64,000 nt of DNA, taken from contig CM052817.1 of assembly GCA_028534125.1 (NCBI GenBank), forward strand, positions 53,756,001 through 53,820,000, read 5' to 3'. A program made the translations under genes and the position numbers. The notes beneath the pieces were generated by a model. That model was not told the origin of the DNA and made no database searches. It worked only from the letters and a program-made list of their open reading frames with translations. The stretch is from Lama glama (taxonomy: Eukaryota). Positions 50,713 to 64,000 of this stretch are shown here, one piece after another. How positions within the stretch are numbered: the first letter of the stretch is position 1; every line of letters starts with the position of its first letter.

Positions 50713-53569
50713 TACAGTGACAGAAACCAGTCTGGTTAGAAAATTACTATCTCAATTTTTTGCCATATATGTATACTACTTTATATTATTTTTTTTTCAA
50801 ATCATCTCACTTTGCTTAATGCTTTAAAAGGAAATATGTCACTGTCATAAATAAAAAAACATTTAACATTATAGAGAGTAATAAAGATATATTAAAAAAT
50901 AAACGAAACCTGAGAAACACTAAATACAAAAGTAAAATCTATATACTGATGATGCTAAATTTAAATCTCCAGCTTTCATTACTCTGACTGCCTACTCAAC
51001 ATCTACACTGTGATGGTTAGTAAATCTTTCAAAGTTATACTGTCAAAAAAGAACCTCAGACCCCACACACATAATCTCCTGATCTACCCCTAATGTGTTT
51101 TTTCTACAGTTCCATATCTCACTACCCCAAGCCAAAAACCTTAGAATCACACTCCACTACTTTCTCTTATAGTCTAAATTAAATGAGCAATTCTGTAATA
51201 GCTTCAAAACATATACAAAATTATAGCACTTCTCATTTATTGAGTAAATTCATGAATGATTAAAGGATAAAAATAAAATGAAAGTTTGTACATTAAAAAT
51301 TAAATAATATATGTGTATAATATGGAAAACAAATATTATTTGTTACAATTATTCTCATATTTCTTCCTCTCTTATGAAAGTTCAAGTGGCTATTTGCTCT
51401 TAGCTATTCTGAGGAAAGAACTATAGCCTTGTTATGCCTAGTTATTTTAGATTAATTCTGCTGTTGTATGTACAGCTACTTCAGAAATGTTAGTTTTATA
51501 AAAAAATTCTGATTACCAAGTTTCCCAAAGTCTGACTGCAATTTCAGATAGGATACAAAGGAAATTTGAGTTCAAGCCACACATATAAAGAACACAGAAG
51601 CTGCTAATTTTTATGTTTTCATCATTAAGAAGAATTATTTTTCCCTTAGGTAGTCTTTCAGGTTTTCTCATCCTTAGGCTGCAGTTGATTCTCCTAAATC
51701 TGACATAAACCTAATTATTTTAGAGAAAAGTGAAACAATTATTTGATCTCAAGGTACAATGCTTAACAGTTCCAATGTGCCTGTGACAATCATCCTTCAA
51801 ACTTTTTTTTTCCTCAAATGTCAGCTTTCAGAGTATGAAGTATGCCAAATACAGTGATGCATAAAACATCTGGTTCCTGGAACGATCACATGGGGATTTG
51901 AAGGCATTTTAAAGAAAAAGCATGAAAAAAGAGACTAACCCTTTTAACATTTCAGAAAACTTAAAGCTACTGTATAAAATGCGTGATACAATAAGATTGG
52001 CAACAACATTTGCAGAATGCACCGTTTTGTGAACTAAATTCATATTCCAAAGAAGTGATTGCTAAAGGCTCTTAAATCTTGAAATTAAGTTAATCAGCAA
52101 AGGACTGACTAGTTCTTAAGGAAGGTCTTAATTTGTTTGAAGTAAATCTAGTGGTGTCATAACAAACCCAGGGCTTCAAACAGTAGTGTTTGGATCGTCT
52201 AATTCTTCAAACACATCTGGATCATGAATGACCATATTTTGGTACATTTCCAGCGATGTTACCCACAGACCAAGGAAATGGAGGAAGAGTGTGGGAAATG
52301 AGGTATCAGACAAATGACACTACTTTCAGAATTTTCTTAGAAATTATTTTATCTTGTTACAATGAATAAAATAAATCAATGACTGGTTCTGACTTTTTCA
52401 AGAACTAAAGTGGTTATAGTGTATGTGGATGTTGAAAAATATATTTGATAAAAAAGATTCAGAAAAAATACACCTTCAGTATAGTGTGCTGGCCTATGAA
52501 TCTTTTACAAGAGGTGACAGTTTTTAAACACAGCATCTATAAAAATGTAAAATAATTAGAAATCTATGAAGCTTGCATTTGAATTTAGCAGTTTTGGTGA
52601 CAGAAGGTAAACAAGTGAATAAAATCAATTGAATGGAAATAATGAGTTTTTTTTAGAAAGTCTGCATGAACTATATAGAGTACACTGAGCTTCTTTTTTA
52701 AAAGCCCAATCAATATTTCAGCCTTTTTACATCACTAACTGACATTTTATGAAGAATGTGAAAGTACTAAAAATATTTTCCAAAAAAACTCATCCAGAAA
52801 ACATTGAAGTGGGTGAATATTTTTTTTAAATATAATTCAGAACTAGATTTACTCTTCTCATAGAGGATCAAACTCTTTTTTAAGATATTGCTCTGACTAT
52901 GGTATAAAAATAGTAACATTTTTGAAAAGTAGGCCATATATATGTACACATATGTTATTCCATCTTATTATAAAGAAGAAAAATTAAGGCACTGAAATAT
53001 TTTTATGCTGTCATTGCATTTTTCAAGATTGTATCATTCTGCTTTTCTGCCTTCAAGTTTTTAGAACCCTACCCCCTTCACTCCATGAGGTACTAATGTA
53101 ATATTAGTCAAGCTAAATGAAATTCTGCCTTAACTGTTTCTACCAGTGTCTAGAAATGCAGTCCAAATCAAAGTTACCTTCTTCAGAAACAGAATAAGTT
53201 ATTATGGATACTGGTAAGGCAAAACATTTTTCTATTCATCCCTGAAGCTATTCAGAAGCCTTCTTAGATTCTTTATAGATGGCAGGTGTCCAAGTTCACT
53301 GAGACACTTCTTTTATTTTCCTTTAGAACTAACTGCAAAACTTGGTATTTATTAATCAAATGAGCATTTCACTCCTGGAGCCAATTCTCTCATAACAGAG
53401 TAAGTTTGGCTTAAAAAATAAAAAGGATCATATCAAGCAAGTTCTTTATGACACCATACGGTAAACAAAGCCAAAAACAAATAGGATTTTGTTAAAAGGT
53501 TGAGCAAATTTCACTAAGGAAAGCACAAAAACCGAAGGCAGCAGGATATTTCCACAAAGAGTGGTTAAA

Positions 53570-53795
53570 AATAATCCAACCATTCTGAATGGGCACTAAA
53601 CTATGTGTTGTATGCTTTACACATGATTATATTTGATTATCGTAAAACTCTACAAAGTAGAATCAATTATCCCCAATTCAGAAAGGATACCGAGATGGAG
53701 GCCATGATGTTACTTGCAAGGTCATATAACCATTACAGGACAGAACTGAAATTCAAATCAAAACTGTGTAAAACACGAGTTGCTGTTCCCCTATA
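53570..53795 (-). mobile_element. MIR SINE
   Basis: tgctttacacatgattatatttgattatc...attatccccaatt ... acttgcaaggtcatata...cagaactgaaattcaaatc. Confidence 0.7.
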
Positions 53796-54519
53796 GCACT
53801 ATGGAAAAGGAAGCCTAGTAGATTCCTTGTCTCTCCATATGGGCACCAACTTTCTTTCTTAGACCTAAAAGCTTCTGTCATTTCTTTTTATTCTTCAAAG
53901 TACTTGTGATGATGTTAAATATCTTTTCAATAATAGAAGAAGTAGTTGATAACTACAGAAATGATCAATCTTTATTTTGAAGGTAAATGTCAAGAGTGAT
54001 CTAAATGCTGCTCAAGAATTAGTTTTATAGGTCATAATACTTCAGCAATACTATATGTTAATTTACGCACATAACAATTCAATAATTGTTTTATTTATAT
54101 TTATATATGTATTTTTAGAATTAGGTTAGATTTTTGCTATGATTACTATAAACTCCAATTTCAACTTGTCTGAAACTTAATCAGAAAATTCAAATAACTG
54201 GAATTATTTTTTTCCTCCAAATATAGTTACCTATTTTGATGAAAAGAAGACAAAGGACATGCGAGGAAACAGCAAATAGAAAAATTTTAATTACTTTTTT
54301 AGTTAAATCTGAGACTTAGAGAGTGCCTCATTTCCTCTGTAATCATGTTAAGTACAGTAATTTACTCTATTATTTTTCCCAGAGTATATCATTAATATAA
54401 TAATGAGCCAACCAGATGAATGTTCTATACTAACATCAAAATATGCTTATTATGATGACTATGAAGTAAACTTTGGATTAAAATATAATTAAATTATTTA
54501 AAAAATAATAATTAAATTC

Positions 54520-55000
54520 ATTAGAGTAAACTGGAGTCAGCCAGCCATAGTGTTAGGGAAAAGAAAGTCTGCAGAGAAACTGTAGGCAAGACCTGATGCA
54601 CAAGAGTGCCGTCTAGAACGGCCAAAGGAGCACACGGCCTAAAAAGAGGCTTAAAGGAAAAAGGTCCAGCTAGATCAGGAAGGCTTGGTAGCCGTGTTAG
54701 AGGGCCGGGACTTCGGTGTAAGAGTAACACGAAACCACTGCAGTTTTACCCAAGAGACTTGCATGATTAGATCTGAACTTCTCAGCACACCACTCTAGCT
54801 GATGAAGGCAGGAGCAAGAGCCAGTATAGGGGAGAGAGTCAGGAGACAACTGTAGCAGCTCTGCAGAGGTTCATGGTGGCTTGAAAGGAAGTGATGGCAG
54901 CGAATATGGGGAGAAGCAAACACATTTTAGATAAAGGAGGTATTTATAGGTGAAAGAACATGTATGATAAAAGTAATAAATATTTGATAAATGAATACAA
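54520..55000 (-). mobile_element. LINE-2 fragment
   Basis: ccagctagatcaggaaggcttggtagccgtg ... gaaaccactgcagtttt ... caccactctagctg ... gtcaggagacaactgtagcag. Confidence 0.65.
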
Positions 55001-57904
55001 TGTTTTAGAAAGACTCTGACTTCCAAAAGGTCTTATATGGTGAGGTTATTTTCTCAATAAACAGAGCAAGGTGGCCCATCTTATTCATCACTTTATAAAA
55101 ATACAAAAAAACAAAAACCAAGAAAACACTATTAATATTCATGCCTTCTCCCCTGTACTAAAAAACAAAGAAACAAACAAAAACTTTCCAAATACAGGAT
55201 GCTTATGCCTTTGAAATAAATACTCTCACATCACCCATAGCACTTAAAAATACATATTGTACAGATCTTTATTTTTGTTAAAAACAAAAACGATGCCAGA
55301 TTTTGTGTTTCGCTGAAACCTTTCTTAAAGTCTTCTTTCCTTATCAATTATGACCTGGTGAATTTTTCACAAGCACTTATTAAACAGTCAACATATTTAA
55401 ATAAAATAAAGTGTCCTTCAGATTCTGGAAAGTTGTAAGGAATATTTTCTCGAGACTTCTTTCTTATAGTCTCTCTTCTACGTGCCCCCGTATCCTGCAG
55501 GTGATCATCTTTCCTACACTGTAGAGGCGAGTAGGCAGAAATCTCTCAATTTACTGCTCTACCCTGGTTGCACCAAATAGCCACCTCAAACCTGTTATGT
55601 ATTTCATCCAGTCTGAGTGGAAAAGGATCTTCCTCCCTGGCCTCTGTTACCTCAGTAGAAAAGTGTCCTTCATGAAGTCTAAGGGACTGGAATTGCTCTA
55701 CATCTATGCTGGATCTTCAGGTCATGACTATAACATGATGCCCTTTCCTCTCTTTCTCACCATTCTTTTATTGCTTCCTACCTATCAGCATATCCATATT
55801 CACATTTCTTCCATCTTAAAACCACCCTCTACATTCTTTAACAACTAATTTCTGTCCTTGCACCGCACTGATTTTTCCTTAAAAGGTATCATCAAAGGCT
55901 GTTTGCATTCCTCTGCTCTTTTGATGGTAGGGTATGTTTCATTATTAAACCCATTTTAAAGAGGACAGGGAGGCTCAGCAAGGTTAAGTAAACTTTCCAA
56001 AGGCTGTAAATGATAAAGCAGTTTAGACAGAATTCAAATCAAGATAGTTTTATTGAAGGCTTTATTTTACTTTGTAACATAAACCTTGAGGCACTTTGTA
56101 TTATAAACCTTGGTGCCATCAATATCACTAAATGTAATTACTGACTTTTGCGTGTTTGTTTTTCTAAATAGGAATATCACATCCATTTAACTCATATTAC
56201 CTAAAGAAATACATATGAATAACAAGGAGACAATTCTATCTTTTAAAATATGTGACTGTACTATGTAAAAGACCTTTTTAATTTTTAATCTAGTAAAAGC
56301 TGTTACATAAATATCAAAGTATTATTCACTTATTTCTGATTGCACTTTAAAAACATAAGAAAAATGATGATAAACTTTATTTGCATTTTGTTTTATAGTA
56401 CATAATAATAGGTACAAAGAGGTAATTTATACTAAAGTGAGTAAAAGTACGGTAAGATAAAAGAAATTATACCTTATGTGCCTATTTAATTTATCCAAAT
56501 TCAACTTCATTAGGAACAAATAGTCCAAGGAACTAATACTACATTGTAGGACAGTCAGGTTGCACATAATTCAACAATGTAATGACTGTTATCTCAGCCA
56601 AGTAATATTAAGAATTACAAAAGACTGTTACTCACAGTAGAGAATTCCTAGTTTGCGCCATTGTATTATTATCTTTTCTAATTCCTTAGCTACCTTTTCA
56701 ATTAATGTAGACAGATGATTCTTTACCAAAAATTAACCGTTTAATGCAATACACTTTTGTCACTACTTTACTCTGTAAACATTCATTGAGGGCCTACTAT
56801 GGGCAAGGCTGCATCAGGCATTGAATGTAGGAAGATGAAAAATGGGTGAGGTAGCTGCTAGCTGAGGTAGTTCAAGGAGAATGTCAGTAGCACATGAAAG
56901 TCACAGGAGACCTCATAAGACTTCTAAAAGTAATTCATTTAAAGACGTTTAACCAAATTAACACATAGCATAGGCAAATTACATACAAATGCTACTTAAT
57001 ATAGAATATATATTTATCACTAAAGAATATATCCACATTATTTTTTCTCAAATGTCACAGCCTCTAAAGGAATAAGACAAATTTTTGGTTATACTGAGGA
57101 ACAATTTTTCTTTTCAGAAAATATAAATTGGCTTCTTTTTGTATAAAGGAAATATTACTAGTGTGGAAAGAAATGTATATATTTTTGTATCTTTGCATGG
57201 CTTGGCTTTTTGACCATAGAGAAGTGGGATTTGGGTTAAAGGACAAACCTTGGAAGTTAAAAGATGACTGAATAGACAATTAGAAACTTTTGAAGGGCTT
57301 ACCTTCTAAGAGGTAAATGTTAAGATTTCAAAGGGGTAAAACCTGGAACCACATGTTTCTATATCATAGGGTTTTTACATTAAGGAGCTGTCTCTTTCTC
57401 TCTCAGGAGGAGGGAAGGGCAGCTGTGTAACAGCTCCTCTACAAACTCCCAGATCAATAATTTGGGGGTTCCCCTTTTGTGGTGTAAAATCCCTCTTTGG
57501 TACTTGCAGGTGCCCCAGTCTCGCTCTCTTCACATTGCTCTGAAAGGGGAGATGGAGTGTTGAGTAGGAATGTGGTCATTGCTCTAGGAAATAATAGTCT
57601 GCCCACATATAGAAACTCCGTATGTGCTTCCAGGACAAAATAAATAAGTGTATGTAATAATAATTTAAAAAGTATCATGTTGTAAATAAGAATTAAAGGG
57701 GAAAAAGTTTCTTTGAAAACAGAGCTTCATTATATTTATTTTCAAGCAGATCAAGTCACTTTAGGTGTCAATAAATGATCTTATTCAGCAAAGACAACAC
57801 ATTGATCTTTATCATTTTGTCCTAAGATTTCAATATAATTAAAAGTAGGGACAGTTCAGTGTATCAGAGGCAGACTAAAGAGAAGGAAAAGAAAAATCAC
57901 TTAC

Positions 57905-57996
57905 TTGATATTATCAAGACAGCCCGATTCAGGTTTCAGAATGGCAGTGTGGTGAAACATTTTATATAAAGCAATCCCAAGGAAGATTACATTAAG
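57905..57996 (-). CDS. ADGRL3: ADGRL3 coding exon, TM5 and ICL3 (92 nt): LNVIFLGIALYKMFHHTAILKPESGCLDNI + AA
   Basis: Minus strand reads cttttacattccAG|CTT AAT GTA ... AAT ATC AA|GTaagt. Phase 0 in, phase 2 out, continuing the frame of the previous exon across a 2428-nt intron. Confidence 0.97.
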
Positions 57997-60424
57997 CTGG
58001 AATGTAAAAGGTACTGTTATGTAGCATAACTGGAGTAGAAAAAAAGTAATGTATTCCCTACAACAGATGACTTGTTCTGGGAAATTAACTCTCCTGCACT
58101 TATAAAGGAATTGTATAACATATGGTTGCCTAGTATTTTAGTGAAGACAAAAGGCCAAACTTGGGGACTTGGGATACTAATAAGTTACAAAGTACTGTTA
58201 TGCCAAATACACACAAATACAAAAATCAGCATCATTTGGAAAGATGCTGTAGAAATTGCAAAACAATGCAAAGCTAAAGTATATGTTAAAAAAAAAAAAA
58301 CTAATTCATTCAGGTGTGTTACTATCTCCACTCTCTGAACATGGTCCCTAATTTATTGTTTAGGGATAGTTTTCAAATACTACATTACAAAAGTATAAAT
58401 ATAAAAATCAATATATTTTTAAATAGTTATGTCAAAGGGATTATAAAATACTGTTAAATTCTGATGCTACAACAAACTAGGATTAAAGTAGAGGGAACCC
58501 CCAATGACACTGTTATATCACTGCACCCAGAGAGAGCATATCATTTAAAACAAAATGAAACAAAAGTTCAGTGTAAATTCCATGTATTACAGATATGTGA
58601 ACTGTATAGAAAATCACATACTGAATTGGCCTTGTTACCTAAAGTGTTTCTATCTTGCAGAATTTGGGATTGGTGGGAACTAGGAAAGTCCAATTATAAG
58701 CCCCATTGAAGTTCTGTCAGGAATATGGGTCTACAATCCTTAATCAAATCCAAAGTCACAAAAGTGACCTTTTTTTACATTTAGATAGATATCATAGTTT
58801 TTAATTGCAATTTGCTTTGGATAACCAATTCTTGCCCTCAGTTTTCCCAAGGCCTAGACTGAGAAGCAATAACTAATAACATGAGTTAAGATGGAGCAAA
58901 CACTCTGACAATGAATCAGAAAACAATAGGTAATACATTCGATTAGGATACACAAAAGGGGCTCTACTTTCCCAAAGAGACTTGGGAAAAAAAAAGATGT
59001 TTCCACTAGGAAGGCATAGCATAAAATGGACAGGATTTAACTCAAGATTATAAAGTAGCTCAGAAACCCAATATCAACACAGAGACATACTGTTGAATCA
59101 TCTGCCCCTCTGTTAGGAAATACAAGTAAGTCAAACTTGGTTTGGTACATCAAGAAGAAAATTCACACATAACAGAGTGGAATCCAGACAGGCCATTTAT
59201 GGCTAAGATAAAACTCACTGATCTTATACAGGATAATCATGAGACACACACAAAATTTCAGTACCTCAAAATCAAAGACATCCACATGGGAATGGATGTC
59301 CTGGAATTAACTACTCATATATTAGAATTTCTCCATTGTGACATTCTTTGAGTTGCAGGAGAGTCATTTTTTTAGGTAATCTGATCAATCTTTTTGACCA
59401 AAAATCAGATGGAAAAGTGAAAGTTTTGAAAAATTCACTGAATGGCCAAAAAGACTAACCTCAACTGAAACCCATTTGGTGGGAAAACCAGATTTGGGCT
59501 AATGCAAAGCTCTTCATATCTTTATTCTATTTGCTCTTACTTTTTCAATTTTTTTCTTCCAAATTATTACCATGTTTGGTGTCAGAGTCCTGGTTAGCCC
59601 CTACTGTGAGTATTGGCTGATGTGTTTGATTTTGGGCACCTGCTAATTTTCCACTAGGGGTATTATGTGATATGCAGTACACATACTTTAACTACTTTTC
59701 TGAAGTCTGAACAATTTCTGAATTCCAGAATATACCTGGCCTAAAGGATTTCAGATAATGAATTATAGATCTATATTATATATAAAATCAGTGTTGATTT
59801 ATTCAAAAAAATGGACAGCACTTTTGTACTTTAAAATAAGCGTGTAAATGATACCAACAATAGTATCTAAATTAGGATAAATAATTCATATTTGAAATCA
59901 AGATACTACACATTTTTTAAAAAGGAGTATGATTTCAGAATGTTTTCCTAACCTAGTTGTGCCATTCTCAAGTGAAAACCTCTGAAATTTTAAACTTTTT
60001 GAGATTTATATGAAAACAAAACTGGATAGAACAAAACGGTATTTTGCCATATTTCCAATTTATGATTCTATTCATATTTTAAATTATCCAAATGAAAAAG
60101 AAGGGAAATGCACTGTTGTCAAACAAAGTCATCACTGTTAAAAACCTATAAAACCAAATGGATTATGCTGGATCGGGCTCCTGAGGGGCATAGTACTGCA
60201 TAAACTCTTGCAAATGTATGTTTTCTTCTCCCAAGGGTTTTGATTAAATATTTTACAACATAAAAGTAGACTATAATGAGTATCTAATGGCTTGAGCTAC
60301 ATAGGGTCAAATGAGTACATGCTTTCCCCAAATTAATCTATGTAAATTAAAGATACTCAGCATAGGGATAGTGAAAGTTTTACTTCTTGACCTGGGAAAC
60401 ACATAGTTAATTAGGAGTTCTTAC

Positions 60425-60491
60425 CATAATTATCAAGGTCGCTGGTCCTATAAAACTCCAAATGAAGTAGGTGTCAAGTCGGAGCCAACAT
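60425..60491 (-). CDS. ADGRL3: ADGRL3 coding exon, ECL2 end and TM5 start (67 nt): (V)[22 protein letters not shown]
   Basis: Minus strand reads ...gtgtttcattgcAG|A TGT TGG CTC CGA CTT ... ATA ATT ATG|GTaaga. Phase 2 in, phase 0 out. The CWL...FIWSFIGP motif is typical of latrophilin 7TM domains. Confidence 0.97.
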
Positions 60492-61539
60492 CTGCAATGA
60501 AACACAGGGGAGAGAAGGCATTCAAGGACTGGATATGGGACATACATCAAGAGTGAGCGAGTGACAGAGAAGAATGTGAGCTGCAAAGCATTCCACTGGG
60601 AGACAGGAAGTATTACATTGCTTGTTCATTTAAATGCTGAATTATGTGCCCAATTTCTGACAGCACTATTGATGGAGTAAGATAATTACTCCTGGAGGAA
60701 GTAGGAAAAAAATGGCACTGGACCTATTTGCTAAGGCCTTTTGTGTCCATCATAGAAACCTTAAAAAAAAAAAGAAAAAGAAAAAGAAAGAAAAAGCTGT
60801 ACACATAGCCATTAAATCGAGTAGCTTTAAGCTATCCTTTTCTCTCCATTTATGGTGCTACATAACCTGTCTATCAGCTGTCAGGTAAAGTGACATTTTC
60901 CTGACAAGAAGATCTGAGGAAATTCAGTTCAAAGAAGAAATAAATTTGGTATCAGAAGACTGAAGTTTAATTAGGTTGGGCAGCCAACCTTTGAAAGTTC
61001 TTGAGTCTTAAAATGTGCATTGTTACTGCTAGTGCTTCTGGGTTGCAAATGATCCTTAGCATCCCATGAAGTTGATTCATGACCCAAAAGTAAATTATTA
61101 ATCACTTAATTTCAGTTACATTTAATACTCCCCCAATTCTTAAAGCCTCTGGGAAATTACATTTTCATTCTTCAGGATGACAGGAAGACAAAATGGAAGT
61201 GACTAGTTATGAGAAAGATTAATGTAAATTTTGAACAAATTACATTTGATGTTAAAAATCAAATTTTGAATTATTTGCCATTTGGCTATACTTGCAGCAT
61301 AATTAAAAGAGAAAACATCTCCAGTGGAAAACAGTCAAGACTGGTTTGTTAAGTGATCTAAAACTGCAAATCTAAAGTATGTAAATATTTCTGTGATTAT
61401 TATGTAACTATTACTTACACCTCAGCAATGACAGAATACCAGAAATAACTTTATAAATGTCAATTAATACAGGAATAAATAAATAAAATGTTTCCTTTTC
61501 ATCAGACGAAATGTTATAAAATAGTTAAGAAGGAGGAAG

Positions 61540-61915
61540 TAGATTCTTATACGGCAATAGGATAGATCACAATCGCAAAGTCTTGTGAAAAAGTAAAATG
61601 ACAAAAACTGTACCTATCTTAGAACTACTATATATAGATATATACTATAATACTCGTATTTTGGACAGATACATATGTGTATGTAATTTTTTTAGTGAAA
61701 TGGAAAATATCATCAAACTCATGTTAGTGACTCCCTCTCATATGAGAGCAGAGAGGACTAGAAGTGGACAAAAAGGGCTTCAGCTATATGTTTTATTTTA
61801 ATAATTATTGAAAGCAATGTGCAAAAATACTAATAGTTACAATATTTGAGTGATAGAGACAGTGATGTCTATTATGTTTTTTAAATTTTTCTGTAACTTA
61901 AGTTTTTAAAAAAGA
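61540..61915 (+). mobile_element. Old L1 3' UTR fragment (L1ME-like)
   Basis: ggatagatcacaatc...gtgaaaaagtaaaatgacaaaa ... catcaaactcatgttagtg ... gcaatgtgcaaaaatactaatagtt. Confidence 0.55.
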
Positions 61916-62315
61916 TAAAAAGCTAGATTTTTAGGTAAATAAAACCCCAAACTCCCCCAAATCAATTTCAAAACCAGAAAATCCGCCCTTCTTCTATTAA
62001 GTTTAATATATGTAAACTAATTTCAATTGAAGCATAATATTTGTACTCCAATAAGAAACTGGCTACAAGTTTGTATTTTTTACATAGATAATTTCTCTTT
62101 ATTCAAAATAAACATAATAATTCTATTTAAAAAAATGTTATTAGGAAGCAATCAATACTTAAACTATTAGCCATTAGTTTCTTTGAGTAATTAGTTATTT
62201 TTTGGTTGTGCTGTTGTTCAAAAAACTTGGTTATGAAAAATGAGTGTCGTGTTGCCAATAAGCAGATACAAACCAGAGAACATGGACATTCTCTCAGATT
62301 GAAGTATGCACAAGT

Positions 62316-62317
<2 letters not shown>

Positions 62318-62357
<40 letters not shown>
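62318..62357. repeat. (AC)20 perfect microsatellite
   Basis: Read directly from the sequence. Confidence 0.95.
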
Positions 62358-62364
<7 letters not shown>

Positions 62365-63170
62365 TAGTCCAAGAGTGTTGCTGAAGTTATAGCATCAAGA
62401 TATAATATTAAAGATACATTTAACATGACTGTTAATAGTACAGCCCCTGTTCTTTTGTAGCTCAAATTTTTGAGAGCTAGTCTTAGAACCAAAACAAATT
62501 TTCAACAAATTCTTTTCAAAGGAAAATGTATTTCAAGAATTTCTGCAAACTTATTCTACAGGCTAAGAACTTCTTATATAAATAACTTTAATTACAATAT
62601 TACAGAATGTCTTGGATTAAGCAGGGAATTTAAAAATTTTACATAATCTCACCAAATGTGTTGTTAAAATAATATCATTAAATTTTAGTCTTATGAAAGT
62701 TTTATACGTTTTGAAAATGGTCTCTGCTTAGCAAATGTTTTATTTGGAAATAAATGTGCCTTTGGCATAGTGCTCTCTAAATGTGGAAGTGAAATTACTT
62801 TAGAAGTTATTATTTCTTATTCTGTAAGAAAATTCTTCAATAGCATTTGGTACAATAGATTTAAATTCCCCGAGGAACTGAACAGTGAAAGAGGCAATAT
62901 GAAACACTTAGCATGTACTGCGTGAATCATCCCTCTGTGAGAGCTGCCTGGGCTTAACTATCTTCTGGAAGGTAGTGTGGCAAGAATCCCTTTTCTAATT
63001 CAATTGCCATATGGCCGCACTTGCTGTTCTTGGCTACCTGCAGGCTTTCTCAAAACTTCCTGTATTTCCTCTGTTTCACATTAACTACCCTAAAAGTTTG
63101 TGTGGTTTGTGCCCTGTTTCCTATGCCAATGCTGAAACAATTAATCCTGGTTTTAAGGTGAAGGAGAGTA

Positions 63171-63304
63171 AGGACATCCCTCAGTATCCATGGGGGATTG
63201 GTTCCAGGACCCCCTGAATACCGAAATTCATGGCTGTTCAAGTTCCTTACAGTTGGCCTTCTGTACCCACAGATGCTGAACAGATAGATATGGAGGTCTG
63301 ACTG
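63171..63304. mobile_element. TcMar-Tigger MITE (MER2-like), 134 bp
   Basis: Flanking TA at 63169-70 and 63305-06. Degenerate TIRs catccctcagtatcc / gatatggaggtctgactg. Internal ggggattggttccaggacccc. Confidence 0.8.
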
Positions 63305-64000
63305 TACTGTATGGGTGTTTAGTACATGCCTGGGCACATATATCCCACCTCATACTATTCTATACGTCTAGGATATTCAATGTCACTTGCATACAATGCA
63401 AAACCACTGGTTAAGGGGAGACAAATGCTAAAGGAATAGCTTATTGCACTAAGCCCAGTAAAGGCAAACGGTCAGATAGACCTGCCATTGAAAAACATGA
63501 TTTATCTGAAAACTACCTTTATCCACAAAGTATCATTTAATTTGTGAAATCATTAATTTTAGTAGGCCATTCAGGTTTAATATTTCAGATATGTCAATTC
63601 TTTTTTTTAAAAGGAAATTATCACATACATGAAATCTATAAATTATGTTTATAGCAGTACTATAATGACATAACCCACTGTTGACAGATGAAGTGCATTC
63701 TGATGACACTACATACATTTTAAAGTCAAGATCGAAAAATCTTACAAGATCAATACATTCTAGAATTCAAAGGAGAATTTGTCACATACTGTAAACCTTG
63801 ACTTTTTTTCCCATTTACCTATACTAAGATGTCATTAAAATTCTTTTGTAGCAATTTAAAAATATTATATAACCAGCACATATTGCTATATATTTGATAA
63901 AGTCTTACTACATTAATTTGTTTATTGGTTTAATACTCTAAAGAATTGATACTAATCCACATGAGTAAATTATTATGTTCTTCCAAAATTATTCTCTTCA

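Noticed and set aside
57380..57440. Inverted repeat aggagctgt/acagctcct as a possible pre-miRNA
   Set aside because: The stem is short and interrupted, with a competing internal pairing. It lacks the long continuous stem a miRNA precursor needs.
111..63718. The short ORFs in the six-frame track as independent genes
   Set aside because: They are 60-140 aa, low-complexity or repeat-derived, with no recognisable domains. The exceptions are explained: 26887-27129 and 27178-27387 are L1 ORF2 remnants, 14666-14872 contains the 42-nt exon, and 31405-31596 (+) is the antisense shadow of the TM6-TM7 exon.

Overview
This is AT-rich, CpG-poor mammalian genomic DNA. It is probably camelid, judged from one tRNA-derived SINE at ~19.5 kb. 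The whole window lies inside ADGRL3 (latrophilin-3/LPHN3, an adhesion GPCR), transcribed on the minus strand. Seven coding exons with GT-AG boundaries and matching phases were read directly: 60425-60491, 57905-57996, a 27-nt microexon at 34101-34127, 31380-31548, 23684-23809, 17153-17249 and a 42-nt cassette at 14815-14856. They encode ECL2/TM5, ICL3, TM6-TM7, helix 8 and the start of the cytoplasmic tail. The upstream exons and the terminal exons lie outside the window. The remainder is intron containing decayed L1, L2, MIR, MaLR/ERVL/ERV1 LTRs and DNA transposon fossils. Nearly all ORFs in the supplied track are chance ORFs or L1 remnants. I found no evidence for a self-contained new gene system. 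The most interesting layer is tail splicing. The 42-nt cassette appears to be an exonised LINE-2 fragment still read in the L2 ORF2 frame. Several further candidate cassette or poison exons sit in the same intron, with splice-site hairpins and a possible re-splicing junction nearby. Repeat family names and protein comparisons come from memory of consensus sequences, not from searches.
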